A stretch of 63,196 nucleotides of DNA, counting the filler, from Chiloscyllium plagiosum (taxonomy: Eukaryota), in NCBI RefSeq assembly GCF_004010195.1. It is 3 parts of one record of this genome, joined end to end, with 100 filler letters (N's around TTAATTAATTAA, not from the genome) between each part and the next. Parts side by side here need not be neighbours in the genome. Positions count along the whole stretch, not along the records: positions 1 to 15,791 come from NC_057711.1; 2 more parts are not named here. One strand, given 5' to 3'. The notes under the pieces were generated by a model. It had not been told where the DNA came from. It ran no database searches and saw only the letters and a list, made by a program, of their open reading frames with translations. Below are positions 1 through 13,570 of the stretch, one piece after another. Made by a program: the position numbers and the translations under genes. Numbering within the stretch: position 1 is the first letter of the stretch; each line of letters begins with the position of its first letter.

Positions 1-175
1 TGGTGGTGACCATGGCAGTAGGGGTGGCGGAAGTCACTGAGCATGTGGCATCAGCGATGATGTGAAGGGCGGAAGTGATGTCACGTGAGATGCATGAGGA
101 ATTGTGAGGGGTGGAAGTGGTTGTGGGAGTGGCCATGATGGGGGCAGAAGTGACATCATCAGGTCTGCTGATGCA
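1..175 (-). mobile_element. Penelope-like element fragment (Thr/Pro-rich N-terminal part of ORF), cut by window edge
   Basis: Positions 1-64 (ggcagtaggggtggcggaagtcactgagcatgtggcatc..gatgtg) closely match 32682-32746 of the PLE copy at 30099-32744. Confidence 0.7.
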
Positions 176-2316
176 TCAATCAGTTCTGTGTATTTACCCA
201 GGAGGTTTTCTCTGTACATTACACATCACAGGGTCTTGTCTGAGCTCTCTACTGCAGAACTCAGCTGTGGTCTCATCCTGGTACATAGCTCTATTTCTTC
301 CCCATGCCTTTGTGTAGTTCACACAGATCCATAAACTCCACGCTATCTTCTATCAAATGAGAAATGCCAGTTTCTGGGTTGGTGACTATGAGCATCAGAT
401 CAAGTTGCAGAATTAGATGTGGCATTCCTCGGGTGTTTCAGTCACAGACACCGTTTTCTGGCTGGGTAATCGTTCCTATGTCTTTGCAGACATTAATACA
501 CAATAGAAGGGTTGGAACAATAAAATTAGGATTTTGGGAAGCAAGATACACATGTTGACCATTTGCGTCATGTACTTCACACGAGATTTCAGGATGAGCA
601 TGAAGTGGGATTTGAAGGAGTGCGTAAGTCAGGAATGCAGTGGTACCTTGAATGGTTTCATTTGGCCAAGCCTGAACGATGATTGTGCTAATTATAGCAG
701 AGTACCATCTTCTTCAAGGGGGCAAAAGCATGCAGCTGGGTTGATCCCCAGTGGTTCTTTGCTGCTCCATTCCGTATCCTGTCACCTTCTCCTGCAAAAG
801 ATCTGGAACGTCTATATGTTCCAATGTGGTTTTGTGATCTGTCTGTCATATTTGAATAGTTGCAAGTTTATAGAGGATTCAAGATGTGGTTATGAGCTGC
901 AAGTTGTAATTACAAGAGATTTTTGATTGGCAACTAATAAAGATGAGGTATCTCAAAAACTGTGTGAGGGCAGTGGTTTGATGGCTGGAGATTGCATTTG
1001 TAGATGCATTCACTAATATTAGTAATTCATCTACTGTCATTGAACTTTCTGTGCCACTGTCTGTGGGTCATTAGGACTACACTTCTGCCAATGGTCTATA
1101 TGGTTATCTGCTTCAATTGCTATTATAGAGCATGCTTGGTGGATGTCCTGCCCAGCAGGTTGATGACTCCTTTCCCCCTTTATAAGCTAGATCTCCAGCA
1201 CAGCATGCGAGAAGCTGAAACCCTCTCACAATAACTAGTTATGCAAAACAATATCATATATTTAGACAATATTGCAAGGCACAATGTAGATGCAAGTGCT
1301 CTATTATTTTTCTTTTTATTTTGTAGCATTGGAGATCAATACACTTCAGATTTTCATTCAGTAGACTTCCACTTGCATTTGCCATAGTTCCTGGAAAATC
1401 TTTTTACTCTAGGATTATATGCCTCTCAGCATTTTAGCTCTCTTCCTTGTGCTTTGAAATAGACCCATTGTTCTCATTGAACTTTTCTGTTAGTCTATTT
1501 TACATTTTCTTGCCTGTAATGATATTCATGTAAATTTGAAGATATCTCACTTTTACAATTAATTCTAATTATAAGCTTAACCTCTTCTGGGCCTCTTTCT
1601 TTATATTTCTATAGGTTGACAGGTGATTAATATATAATGTCACCTCTTCTACTTCAATGTTTTTATTTTGCTGTGAAAGGAATTTTAGCATCAAACAATA
1701 TATGAATATTGTAGAGGGAATAATAAATAAGTTTCAAACATACTTAGCTTTAAACATATTCATTTATGCAAATAAAATCATTTTATATATTAAAGCTAAC
1801 AAAAGTCAGCTAAAATGAGGTAGAAATCAGATGGAGTCCATCTTTGACAATATGCATCCAAAGACAGAGACTCAGTGATCAACTAAGCCCAGTGTAGTAA
1901 ATAGTACACATTCTGACAGTAACCGCAATACGAGGATTGGATTCTGAGAATATATTTGTGCATGTGCTCTAGGTCACATGTTTAATTTTGCACTAAATGT
2001 TTCTGACTGTTTCACATGAAGGTTGAAGAATAACTGACATGAGCCTTAACCATAGCTGAGAAATGACCTTGATTATCTCTGAGCATTCATGCTTCAACAT
2101 GATACCAAGTTTAAGAAAGATCACTTACCCCTAAATTTGCAAAATCAAATCAACAATCCATTAGTCATTCCTAACATTCCATTAAAAACAGGCAAGTTGA
2201 TCCAAACATCAAATTTGTTTCAACAATAAAAGCAAGCTGTGTTTTTATTGACAGCAATATTGTTTTTAGTAAAATGCAAGTAAAGTCTAACAATCTGATC
2301 AAAATAGTTATTAGTC

Positions 2317-2491
2317 GAGTTTGTGGTGCTGGAAATTGACGTTTCAGGCAAAAACCCTTCATCAGGATTAAGGGCTTTTGTATGAAATGTCAATTTTCCT
2401 GCTCCTTGGATGCTGCCTGACCTGCTGTGCTTTTCCAGCACCACACGCTCGACTCTATTCTCCAGCATCTCCAGTCCTCACTTCCACCTCG
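2317..2491. mobile_element. Short inverted PLE 3'-end insertion with 18-bp TSD
   Basis: TSD tcaaaatagttattagtc at 2299-2316 and 2492-2509; two PLE 3' arms in opposite orientation; hammerhead-like core on minus strand at 2338-2365. Confidence 0.8.
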
Positions 2492-2754
2492 TCAAAATAG
2501 TTATTAGTCTAGCATGACTTAACTTCAATGATTTTCTCACATAGATTAATTAGTCTTCTAAAAGGATATTTATTAGCAGTTCTAAATATCCTTGGTATTA
2601 ACGGTCGTCTGCTAATATAAGTGTATATTTTACAGGGAATTGATGACACAATGGGTTGATGTTTCTAATTGACTACTGAATGCATCTGGAAATGGATTTT
2701 CCAACCACAATTTCCAACCAGTTAGTTTGCCAAACTCCCCTTCTGGTTTCTCTG

Positions 2755-3840
2755 CACTGCTGGGGCATAGGCATCACTGACTGGCCAGCAACTATTGCCT
2801 GTCCCTAGCTGCCCTTTTAAAGATGGTAGTGAGCTGCATCCTTGAATTGCTGAATTCCACCTACTGTAGGTTTACCCACAATGTCCTTAGGGAGAGAATT
2901 CCAGGCCACAGTGAAGGAACAGTGATATATTTCCAAGTCGGGATGTTAGGTGGCTTAGATGGGAACTTGCAGGTGATGGTTTTCCCAAGTATCTGCTGCC
3001 TTTACTCTTCTAGGTGGACATGGACATGGGCTTAGAAGTTACTGTCTAAGGATATTTGTTGAATTTCTGCAGTGTATTTTGCAGAGGGTACAAACTGCTG
3101 CTACTGAGCATCTGTGGTGGATGAACTGAGTACTTGTGGATGTGGTGCCAGTCAGTGAGTTGCTTTGTCCAGCTCTTAAGTGTTCTTGGATCTGCACCCA
3201 TCCAGGCAAGTGGAGAGTATTCCATCACGCTCTGACTTGTGCCTTACAGATAGAGGGCAGGGAGGCAAGAGGTGAGTTACTCATCACAATATTCCTAGTC
3301 TCTGACTGGCTCTTTTAGCCACTGTGTTCACGAGGTTAGTCCAGTTGAGGTTCTGGTCAATGATAACTCCCGGGATGTTGATAGTGAGGCATTCAGTGAT
3401 AGTAACACCACTGAATGTCAAGGGGTGGAACTTAGATTGTCTCTTATTGGAGATGGTCATAGCCTGGCATTTGTGTGGCGCGAATGTTGCTTGCCACTTA
3501 CCTGGATATTGTCTGGATCTTGTTGCATTTGAACATGGCCTGCTTCAGCATCTGAGGAGTTGTGAATGGTGCTGAACATTGCGCAATCATCAGCAAACAT
3601 CCCCAATTCTGATCTTGTAATGGACGGAAGGTCATTGATGAAGCAGCTGAAATTTGAGTCTAAGACACTGCTCTGAGCAGCACCTGTAGAGAGGTCATGG
3701 AGCTGAGATGACTGACCTCCAAAAACCATCTTCCAATATGCTAGGTATGACTCCAACCATTGGAGAGTTTGCCTGCTGTTAGTCATTGATTCTAGTTTTA
3801 CTGGGGATGCTTGATACAACAATCAATCGAATGCAGCCTT
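2755..3840 (-). mobile_element. CR1/L2-clade LINE 3' fragment (RT and tail), degenerate
   Basis: ORF 3457-3822 has LQWLESYL, GAAQSSVL, FINDL, MFADDC, MQQD(L) RT motifs. Confidence 0.8.
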
Positions 3841-5324
3841 GAAGCACTTCCTCAAGTCATTTCATTCTGTAAGGAGATGTGGGACAAGTTTGGGAGTGGA
3901 CAAATTGAGTAGTCTATTAAGATGGCTCAGCAAAAGCCTGGAATTTTCCAATGAGTTTGCAACCCAACACCTCACCTTCCCAGAGGATAAGCACTAAGAA
4001 ACAGAGGCAGACCTTGACAGGAGGTCAGGGTGGGGACTGATCAATGGTCCATCGTGCCAGGAAATCCCCCAGCAACTGCTTTGACCATTGGTTGCAGCTA
4101 CACTGCCAGATGTGGATTTGCCCTTTAGAATGACAGCCCAGCAGCTGAAAATTTATAAACAATTCTTTAGAGAGTGTCTCCATCATAAGGCCCTTTCTCT
4201 TCTTCTGCTTGAATCAGCCGCTCCCATCTCAGACAGCAGGGCTTACCGCTGTGACCTCAGGCCCACCTTTTGGCTCTCTGGCCTCAGTGACCAAATGCTG
4301 TCTTTACATTGACACTGAGTGTCCACCTTGGCCTCTAATTAACCTAGAGATCATCGTCCATGTGAAGGTCAGGTATTAACATACACAGGGACAGATCTGG
4401 AAATCCACCTGACATTGGGATCACAATCACGCAGCAAAACCCCAGGTTGGCAAATCTGCTTATTCACCAGTTAATATTTCCTTCGTCTTAAGTACAAAGC
4501 TAGTTATTTAAGACCATAGAAACAATTTTTTTTAATGGTAGAACTCATCTGCTTTTACTAACATGAAAATACAATTTTGGATTGAGTTTTATATGAAATC
4601 CTAACCTCAGTATACTATTTCATCACATTCCTATTCTTGCTCTATTTGTGTGTAATGCATTATTGAAAAGGATCACTGTGGAAGCCTCTTGAAAACCTAC
4701 TTATGAGATCCTACTTGTGACTGTGATGGGTGTTTGTCCATATATTACAGAATTGAGCAAAGGTGTCCACCATTGGCTTCTCCTGTTCTCACTGTGAAAC
4801 TGGATGCTTTGGGATGATTTTTCCTGTTGTTTGTTCAGAACCAAAAGTTGGAAAGCTGTCAGGGTTAAAATGCATTGCAAACAAAATAAGGTGCATCTCT
4901 GGAGAAAGGATCAGAGTTAGGCTGAAACCTTTCATCAGAACATGTGGTGAAATGCCTGTATTTTCTGTTTTTTATTTCAGATTTCCAGTGTCCAAAATAT
5001 TTTTCTTCAGTATTAATGATTTTAGTATTATTTATTTTAAGAAGTGATGCTCAACCTTTGTTTTGCATAAACTTTGGCCTCTGCTCTGTAATATTTGATT
5101 CTTTCCATCACATTTAATTCATCCTACTTGTTTAAAAGAGCAATGAATAGGAGTGAGATTTTCATATAATATTTTCATCTCCTTCCTTTTGTGTACATTG
5201 CTCTTGGAGCTGTTAGTGCTGGTCTGGGCTCTGCGGAAATGAAAGGTAGAGATGCATTGAATAAGGAACACCAGCAGTCGTTTCCCTTCTCCCTTCCTGT
5301 TTTATTATATATCAGTTCATTGAA

Positions 5325-6000
5325 ATAGAAATACAAGCTTGAATAGCCATTCAGCTCTTTGACCTTGCACTGCCATTCAATACAATTATGGCTGTGCTTC
5401 CAACTCAGTACCCCATTCCCATGTTCTAATACCCTTTGATCCCTTTAGCTCTAAGAACAATATGTAACTTCTTATTGAAAATATTCAATATTTTGGCCTC
5501 AACCACATTCTGTGGCAGAAAATTTCAAGGTTCACCACTATCTTGCATTTAGGATCTCACTTGCATAGCTTTCTTTGTCCTGATGTTATTATTTGTGGTA
5601 ACATTTGAATTGTTTCTCCTAATAATATTGTGAGACATTTTCCTCATCTCAGTTTTAAGTGCCCTACCAAATGTCCTTAAAGTGCAACCCTGCTTTTGGA
5701 CTCCTTGCATTTACACTGTCTAATCCTGGTTAGAATGTTCTAGGTTTTTATGATATTTCCTTTCCTCTTCTGAACTCCAGTGAATATAATCCTAAGCGAT
5801 CCAGTTTCTTTTATTTCACTTTTTTTCTTTATATTTTTCCCTTATATTATCATTGTACAGCAATAGGGATTATATTTTCCCAAGGCACCCGTGTTGCGTG
5901 GGTGTAAGTGCAGTGACCAGTCTTTCTTCATTTGTCAGTCCTGCTATACCATAAATCAGTCTGATAAACCTTTGTTGCATTCTTTGTACTTCGTTCCAAG
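5325..6000 (-). mobile_element. CR1 LINE 3' fragment, degenerate, carrying a small foreign insert
   Basis: Similar to the CR1 tails at 29600-30098 and 40270-40700 (gccattcagc..ccattcaat..ggcctcaac..ttctgtggcag..ctcatctcag). Confidence 0.6.
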
Positions 6001-6237
6001 ATAAGTAGTAAAATTTAGGCTACCCTGAAATTTCACAATGGCAAGACTTGTTAAACTGCACAATCTATTCCACCATGATCCCATTGAGAAGACCACTGAG
6101 TCAGTTGACAGTATTGACTACAATCCCTGTTGATGGTCAATGCTGATATTCATGGGCCATCATCTCATCCTCGTTACCAAATGTTTTGGATTGAGTGACA
6201 TGAAGTCATGGAGATCAACTCCAACAATGGTCAGGGA

Positions 6238-6893
6238 TGTTTTTCATGTGTGCCCGGGTTTCATTTAGAGAGAGAGTATGGGACAGGTGATGAACAGTCT
6301 ATGAGAAAGTAAACAACTTATGAAACCTTGGGTGTTTATGTTTTAAAGTTGCAACTTAGAAGTCCTGAATGAGTGTGGTCAAGCTCCCACTCAGATAACC
6401 ACAGTTTTCAGTTTTAACACTCAGCAGAAGCTGCTAGGACTGTGAAAAGCTGCCACATTTCTCTTTGTTACAGCTGAAAGCTGGAGTTCTCTCTCTCTCT
6501 GTCTCTTTCTCTCTCTCTCAGAATTGTCTTTTGATGTACATTCCTCCTGAATTGGAGAAGTGTGTATAAGACAATCTGTTCTGTAAATTAGCATTTTTGC
6601 CAAGGGTATGTTTCTAAGATGTTACTATATTGGATCAATCAATTATTAATAGTTACTATATCTATTATTCTGTTAAGTTTTCCAATGTATGTAAGTTATT
6701 CCAATTCCTTCTTTCTTTTGTTGTGTTTTAATTATAATGGCTAAACAAAGTGTGTTTTGATTTAAATACAGTAGTTTGACCAATCAAATTGCATCTTAAG
6801 CACAACACCTTACATTTACCTTTAAAATAAGAAAAGGTTAGGATCTAGACTATCTTCTAAATATTTTGAGGTGGTTTGGTCTGGTCCATAATA
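6238..6893 (+). mobile_element. Probable solo LTR
   Basis: Ends ggtttggtctggtccataa(t)a, resembling the reverse-complemented terminus of 14874-15492; internal CT tract; no ORF. Left boundary approximate. Confidence 0.45.
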
Positions 6894-7739
6894 CATAATT
6901 GTGTCATTGTACACTATTTGTGCTGGCGTTGACCTTGTAGTATATTAACATTTTTCTCAAATACATGACTGACCAATTTTTGTTCAGCTCATCCCTGAAT
7001 CTGCTTCCAATGATGAGGGGAAATTCTGATTCAGAGTATTCTGACAGCCTACTTTTTTAATGGTCCAAACAATACTAGAGGAATCACCCAAGAACAATTT
7101 CCTTTTATATCATTGGATATTTATATGGGAAGGAACAACTTTTAGTTTTGTGGCTCCACATCTTGTTCTGGTCTTCCAACAACATGCAGTTAATGCTCTC
7201 CACAATCTGGACGGTGAATCTTTTATTTAAGAAGTTGTACATTTTTTAAAAAGATCAAACATTACTCAAAAGAATGCGAGTTTTCTGTTTCTAATCTTAA
7301 ACTTAATAATCTGAGCAAAATGTAGAACACTGCAAATCTGAAGATCTGATACAAAAATAGTAAATGATGGAAACATTGCACTCTGTAGGGCAAAAATAAT
7401 CAGGGGAGAAAGTAGAATAGTTAGTTTTTAGTGTGGACCATTTCCAAAAACATTTATAATATTATTATCTTAAGAATTCAAGAGAGAATTAGAAATCTAT
7501 TAGGCAACAATGTGGGACTAAAATAATTGGGCTAATAAAACGCAAACCAGCACATAATTGTTAAAGGAAAATTATACTTGAAATAACAGATTGTTGATGT
7601 AGATATGGAAAGATAATGAAGTATCACATCATAGAGATATGCAGCATGGAACCAAACCCTTCAGTCCAACTCGTCCATGCTGACCGGACATCCCGATCTG
7701 ACCGAGTCCAATTTGCCAGCAGACCTGTTGCAAGTTAAA

Positions 7740-8665
7740 CACATATGATCAAACCACATTAACATAAAATTGGCTAAGGAGTAAAACGGAGTAGAGGGAA
7801 ATATTTTTCTTCAGGTTGAGTGTGTACAGTAGTGTTCCCCAGCAATTTGTTGAAATAGCACTGCTCCTCCTGAATATGATCACACAGGTAACAATTTCAA
7901 AGTTTGTAAATGATATGAAATGTGGAAAAGAGAGTGAACAATGAGAAGTTAGTAAAAGAGTTTAGGAGGACAGACATCCTAGTAAATTGGTAGATATATG
8001 ACCGCTGAAGCTTAAGGAGACAAAGGAAGAACTGCATTTTGGTAGGAAGTTTAAGAATAAAGGATACAAATTTAAAGGGAGTGCAGGAATACCGACATTG
8101 GGGGAAGGGGGGGGTGGGGGCGGCATATGTAAGCAAATATTTAGAAGTGGCAGTGCAGCTTGGAAAAACTTAAATATGCATTTGTGAACTTTGACCTTGT
8201 TCACTGCAAAGTAGTGTATAAGAGCAAGAACATTATGGTATACTTTTATAAAGCATGTTTTAGTTCTCAGCTACAGCATTGAATACAATTCTGGGCATGA
8301 CGCTTTATAAAAGATGTCAAGGCTTTGGAAATGGCACAAAATACATTTACTAAGAATGATGCAGGAATGACAGACTTCAGTTATTTGGCAAGACTGGGAA
8401 AGCTGGAAGTGCTCTCCTTAGAATATAGCAAAGATTTGATAGTTGTGTTCCAAATCTAAGAATGATTTTCTAAGAAAAGTAATGTCCAATGGCAGAAGGA
8501 CATAATAACTTGAGGACACAGAATTAAAATGCCTAACAAAAAGGAACAAAATGGAGCATATTCTTTTAACTACACGATGAGTTGTTCTGATCTGAATGTA
8601 CTTGCAGTGGCTAGAAGAGTGGTGGAAATAGATTCCACAATGTCATGCAAAAAGAATTAGATAAA
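7740..8665 (+). mobile_element. CR1 ORF2 3' remnant, highly decayed
   Basis: Recognisable CR1 RT/thumb nucleotide signatures (agtgttccccag, atttcaaagtttg, caattctgg, aaggctttgga) but no open frame. Confidence 0.55.
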
Positions 8666-8667
8666 TA

Positions 8668-8980
8668 TTACATTACATTACAGTACAGTGTGGAAACAGG
8701 CCCTTCGACCCAACAAGTCCACACCGACCCGCCGAAGCGAAACCCACCCATACCCCTACATTTACCCCTTACCTAACACTACGTGCAATTTAGTATGGCC
8801 AATTCACCTGACCCTGCACATCTTTGGATGGTGGGAGGAAACCGGAGCACCCGGAGGAAACCCACGCAGACACGGGGAGAACGTGCAAACTCCACAGTCA
8901 GTCGCCTGAGGCGGGAATTGAACCCGGGTCTCTGGCGCTGTGAAGCAGCAGTGCTAACCACTGTGCCACCGTGCCGCCCA
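8668..8980 (-). mobile_element. HE1-type tRNA-derived SINE, near full length and young
   Basis: Minus strand begins gggcggcacggtggcacagtggttagc (A box) and gggttcaattcc (B box); CR1-like 3' end cctgtttccacactgta and (AATGT)n tail. Confidence 0.85.
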
Positions 8981-10148
8981 CTTGAAGGGAAATGATTTGG
9001 AAAGCTAACTTAATAGAATAATAGTTATTTTGCAAAAGCAAATTTCAAAAATGTTATGAAAATGATATAAATTGTCCCGGTACACTAAACATCAACAATA
9101 GATCAACTGAATGTACCAGTTGTGAAGTGGACTTCAATGCTGATTCAGATTTAAAGATTCTGCAAGCATCTGGAAATGTGGTAAAAGATTGACTCCAAAG
9201 CTACCAAAATTGAACCATTTTATGTCAAGTCAAGAGAGCTTCATTCTATTGGTGAAAAATACAATAGATTCAAAGAAAAGAATAGACAGACAAGTTAAGT
9301 GAAATATTGCAACAGCCAACATTTGTGACAGGGAGGCCAAATTGCTGTTTTTCTACTCCTCCATTCATTCCTGAAAAAAAAAACCTTTTCACACAAGATC
9401 TGTCTGCCTGGTTTCAGGGTAATTTCAACTAAACCAAATAAGTTGGGTGCTGGTTTAAAATATTCCAATGACAAACTGACATCGTCAACCCACTTGCACT
9501 AATGTATTTTCTGATAGATCAGCATTTAGGATCTCATTTGCATAGCTTTTTTTTCCTAGTGTTATTATTTGTGATAACATTTGAATTGTTTCTCCTAAGA
9601 ATATTGCAATTTTATGAATTTCAAATACATTAAACTGTGGGCTGGATTATTGCAATTTGTCCTATCATATATAGCAGGTCCCTGGTTTATGAACATTTGA
9701 CTTATAGACACTCGTACTAAGGAATGTGATCCTATACAGGGATTTAATTTTATATCCAACATATGAACATTTCCTTTACTTATGGATGTCTATTTTATAT
9801 TGTCCTGCATTGTGTTTGACTTGTGTTAGCTAACCAACTTGCTAACACTTCTCACAAAAAGGTGAGATTTGCCATTTTTATCTTCATGATTTGTCAAGTC
9901 AAATCAAGTAAAATGATTATGTTAGTATAAGTAACACCAAAACAAAAGTTTTGAACATGACTGGTAACTTACCCGGATTTATTTTATATAAATAAGATTA
10001 GAAGTTTTCATAGATTCTAACAACAAATCCAAACAAGTAAACATTTCATATTGGAGTATCTTTCACAAGATTTTCAAAATCTTTTCTTTTTTCCACATCA
10101 GATTTTCCAAGATTCTGTCTTTGACGTATTTTACTAACATATGTAACA

Positions 10149-10361
10149 GAAGAAAGTGAGGACTGCAGATGCTGGAGATCAGAGCTGAAAATGTGTTGCT
10201 GGAAAAGCGCAGCAGGTCAGGCAGCATCCAAGGAGCAGGAGAATCGACGTTTCGGGCATGAGCCCTTCTTTCCTGAAGAAGGGCTCCTGCCTGAAACGTC
10301 GATTCTCCTGCTCCTTGGATGCTGCCTGACCTGCTGCGCTTTTCCAGCAACACATGTTCAG
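10149..10361. mobile_element. Palindromic PLE 3'-end insertion with 15-bp TSD
   Basis: TSD ctaacatatgtaaca at 10134-10148 and 10362-10376; inverted arms of about 88 bp; one arm has an extra ~35-nt tail. Confidence 0.85.
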
Positions 10362-10905
10362 CTAACATATGTAACAAACAGTCAAAGTCTTATTTACAAG
10401 GCAAACAAGGGAAATTTAATTCAATCAGCTTATAGAGAAAGTGATAGCATTACATGTCACAAATTAATCAGGAAGGATTTTTAAATTATTTTGTATTGTT
10501 ACCCCTCAGGAGATCTGACTTTAGGGGAAAGCACATTAAAATATTTCTAATTTTTGATATGCTCGTACAATAATTCCATTATTATTGTAGCATTAGGGAC
10601 AGTAATTGCATTTCCAAAATTGTATTCCCATATCCAGCACACATTTAGCTTTGTCAGGACCTAAGGCAAAGCTAAATTTGTATAGCGTAACCTATTTGAT
10701 CCATGTGATGTATTGAGTTTATTGCTGTCTTGGATGCTGCATGGAAGCTGCATTCTGGAATCTCAAGAGTTTGTGAGTAAAATCAATCAGAAATAAGATA
10801 TATTTGAAACACTGTGTGGAAATTTCCTCTCCCTGGTGTGGCCTGCACAATGGCAAAAAGGTAAGAAGTCACAGTGTAAGTGAAAAAGTCAGATTTTTAA
10901 CATTG

Positions 10906-11175
10906 AGATAGCATAGTGGCTCAGTGATTAGCATTGCTCCTTCATAGCACCAGGGGCCCGAGTTCAACACCAGCTTTGGGTGACTGCCTGTGTGGAGATT
11001 GCATGTTCTCCATATGTCTGGTGCTCTGGTTTATTCACACAGTCCAAGGATGTTGGTGCATTTTCCATGTGAAATGCAGTGTTACAGGATTGGGGTGGAT
11101 CTGGGTAGGATGCTTTTCAGAGGACGATGTGCAGTTGATGTGCCAAATGGCCTGCTTCCACAATGTAGGGACACT
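10906..11175 (+). mobile_element. HE1-type SINE, old copy
   Basis: gtggctcagtgattagc A box, gagttcaac B box, ggcctgcttccacaatgtaggg 3' end. Confidence 0.7.
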
Positions 11176-12189
11176 ATGTGGAAACATTTCGTGACTTTCC
11201 CCTCAAGCCTGAAATGGCATCTTCAGAATCTTGGCATTAAGTGGTGTCCACCTTAATTCCATGTCCGTATGTCTCATTAACTCGCCTTAATTAATTATCA
11301 CTTCCAACTCTTTTCTCCTTCACTGAGAAAGTCAACAGTGTATATTCCTGACATGTAAATCAGGCAGGGTGCCTTGCCACTGTGACTTGCTGCACGTTTG
11401 TCTCAGTGTTCTTTCAACTGCTTCTTCACAACAACTTTCCTGCATGTTATATGGCAACCGTCCACCTTGGTCCTTGGTCTACATAAATCAGCATCACAGC
11501 AAGCATCCACACTCACGTCATCTTTATACATATTGTCACTTTGCATTTACTCAAAGATTGCCAGCCTCTGTATACTTTACATTGCATTCTTAGTTTACAC
11601 TCACTGGCTACTTTGTGGGTCTCATTACTTCCTTCACGTGTATGGTCTTTAGCATTCTATTATAGGCTGCTAGCCATTATAGACACTTTTTAATGCAGAG
11701 GAGAGGCAGATAGCTTGTCACATTGGGAGCATTGAACAGTCAAAGGGGTGGATAAGTTATTATACTGCACCTTGCTAAGTCAATATTATACTTCCTCAGC
11801 ATGTTCAACCAGGCACTTGTTCCGGGTTCAGGAATTTTGGGAATCTGAGTCCTTGGCTCCAAGACTGGACTGCAGTCAGTCTTGCAGGTCAAGTGAAACC
11901 AACCTGGGGAGACATCAGTCAAGGGGATGAGCCAATGTTTCCTACAATAAAATAAAAAGGAGTCAATATAATGGAAGTAGATAGAAGAGCTGATAGTAGT
12001 AATATATGAGTAAACAGGAAGTACAGAGAGCTGAAAAGGTGAATAGTTTTGGAGAATGAGGTTGATGAGAGCCATTGAGTGAACATGATGCCTGCAATAC
12101 TGAGAGCTGTAATTCACCAAGCATGTGTATGCATTGGCAGCACTGATGGAGTAAGTGAATGGGTGCCACATATTCCAGGGCAGAAAACT

Positions 12190-12610
12190 TCAGATATGAG
12201 GATACGTTGGTGAAACAGGCATTGTTTTCCTTCTAGAAGTGAAAAGTATGAGGAGATCTGAAATAAATTTTCAATATCATGAAAGGTCATGATAGAGAAG
12301 ATAGGGGAAAGAAAACTGCTTCCACACATAAGAGGATCAAGAGCCAGAAGTGCACAGATTGAAAATGCAAAAGAAGGAAATGTGAAGTGAGAATTTTTTT
12401 TTTCACATTTTAAACAGTTAGTGTTTCAAAAGCCTGGAAGTGTGCTAAGGCTGGTTCAGTTGAGGCATATAAGGTACATTAGATGCTTATTTAAATAGAA
12501 GCAACATGTAAGATTTCAGGAAAAAAAGTAGGCATTTGGCTCTAAGATAAATGTTTAGAGAGCTGGTTTATACACGATGAACCAAATGGTTTCCTTCTGC
12601 ACCATAACAA
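12190..12610 (+). mobile_element. CR1 3' tail remnant
   Basis: ttgttttccttctagaag..ggagatctga..gaaaaactgcttcca..ccaaatggtttccttctgcacc. Confidence 0.5.
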
Positions 12611-12664
12611 TTCTGTAATTCTGTGGAATTCTGTGAACTCCCAAGTTGAGATAATTATAACTGT

Positions 12665-13570
12665 TGAAACCCAGCCAAGTTAATAAATTATTCCTAATCC
12701 CATGTGATCTTAGCTTGCGTATTAGAATTTTGTGCTGTATCTTATCAAATGCCTTCTGGAAGTCCACATATGTTACATTTATAGGATCCCCATTATTCAC
12801 ATTGCTTGATACATCTGCCAAATTTGTCAAACATGACTTATTCTTCATTAAACAATGCCAACTCTGATGGATTACATTTTGACTTTCCAAATGTCTTGTT
12901 ATTACTTCCTTAATACTAACAATTATCCAATGTCACGTTAAAGTAACTGGTCGATATTCTCCTGCCTCCCTCCCACTTTTTTTCCAATCCACTGGAACAT
13001 TTCCAGCAACAAGGATGCTTTGGAATACTATAACTAATGGATCCACTGTTTCTGCTGCATCTTCCTCTAAGATCCGAGGATGCAGGTCATCAGGCCTTGG
13101 GGACTTCTCTGCCTTCAATTCCAACAGTTTGCTCAGTACTTTTTCCCTAGTCACACCTTTCTATAACCTCTGAATGACCTACTACTTTTGGGATGATACT
13201 AGTGTCCTCCAGAGTGAAACTTGAAGGAAAATAAATGACTCAATGACTGTGATATCACTATGTTCCCCCATATTAACCTCCCAGTCTGATTCTCCAAGGG
13301 AATTGCATTCACTTTTAGCTACTGTGTTTTAATTTATATACTTATAGAAGCTTGTGCTATCCATGTATTATTTTGCATTAGTTTTTTTTTGTATTTTACC
13401 TTTGGTCTTTTTATGGCATTTTATAGCAGTCCTTTCTTGATCTTTTAAAATTTCCCAATCTTCCAGCCAGCTACTTTCCATTGCAATATACCTGTAGTAT
13501 GCCTTAGTTCTTGTCTTTTTAGTATCTTTTTCTGTTTTCATTTCCTCTTCTCTTAATACAATTTTTTTTT
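12665..13570 (-). mobile_element. CR1 ORF2 fragment (RT N-terminal half)
   Basis: ORFs with KSPRPDDLHPRIL, YRPVTLT, KSCLTNL, YVDFQKAFDKIQH. Confidence 0.85.

Noticed and set aside
420..500. Minus-strand LQRHRNDYP resembling the TRPM6/7 terminal exon DLKRNDY
   Set aside because: No suitable acceptor in the right phase, stop shortly after, and the intervening kinase exons are absent
3935..4447. Possible TIR-bounded non-autonomous DNA transposon (cctggaatttt..aaaaccccagg); similar GC-richer patches near 43880-44350 and 48450-49145
   Set aside because: Termini too degenerate and no TSD; cannot support a family call by eye
8900..8980. tRNA-like A/B boxes as a tRNA gene
   Set aside because: They are the heads of multi-copy SINEs, followed by SINE body and LINE-like tail
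9672..9850. Tigger/Mariner-like MITE remnant (caggtccctggtttatgaac, repeated gactta)
   Set aside because: Only one plausible end; too decayed
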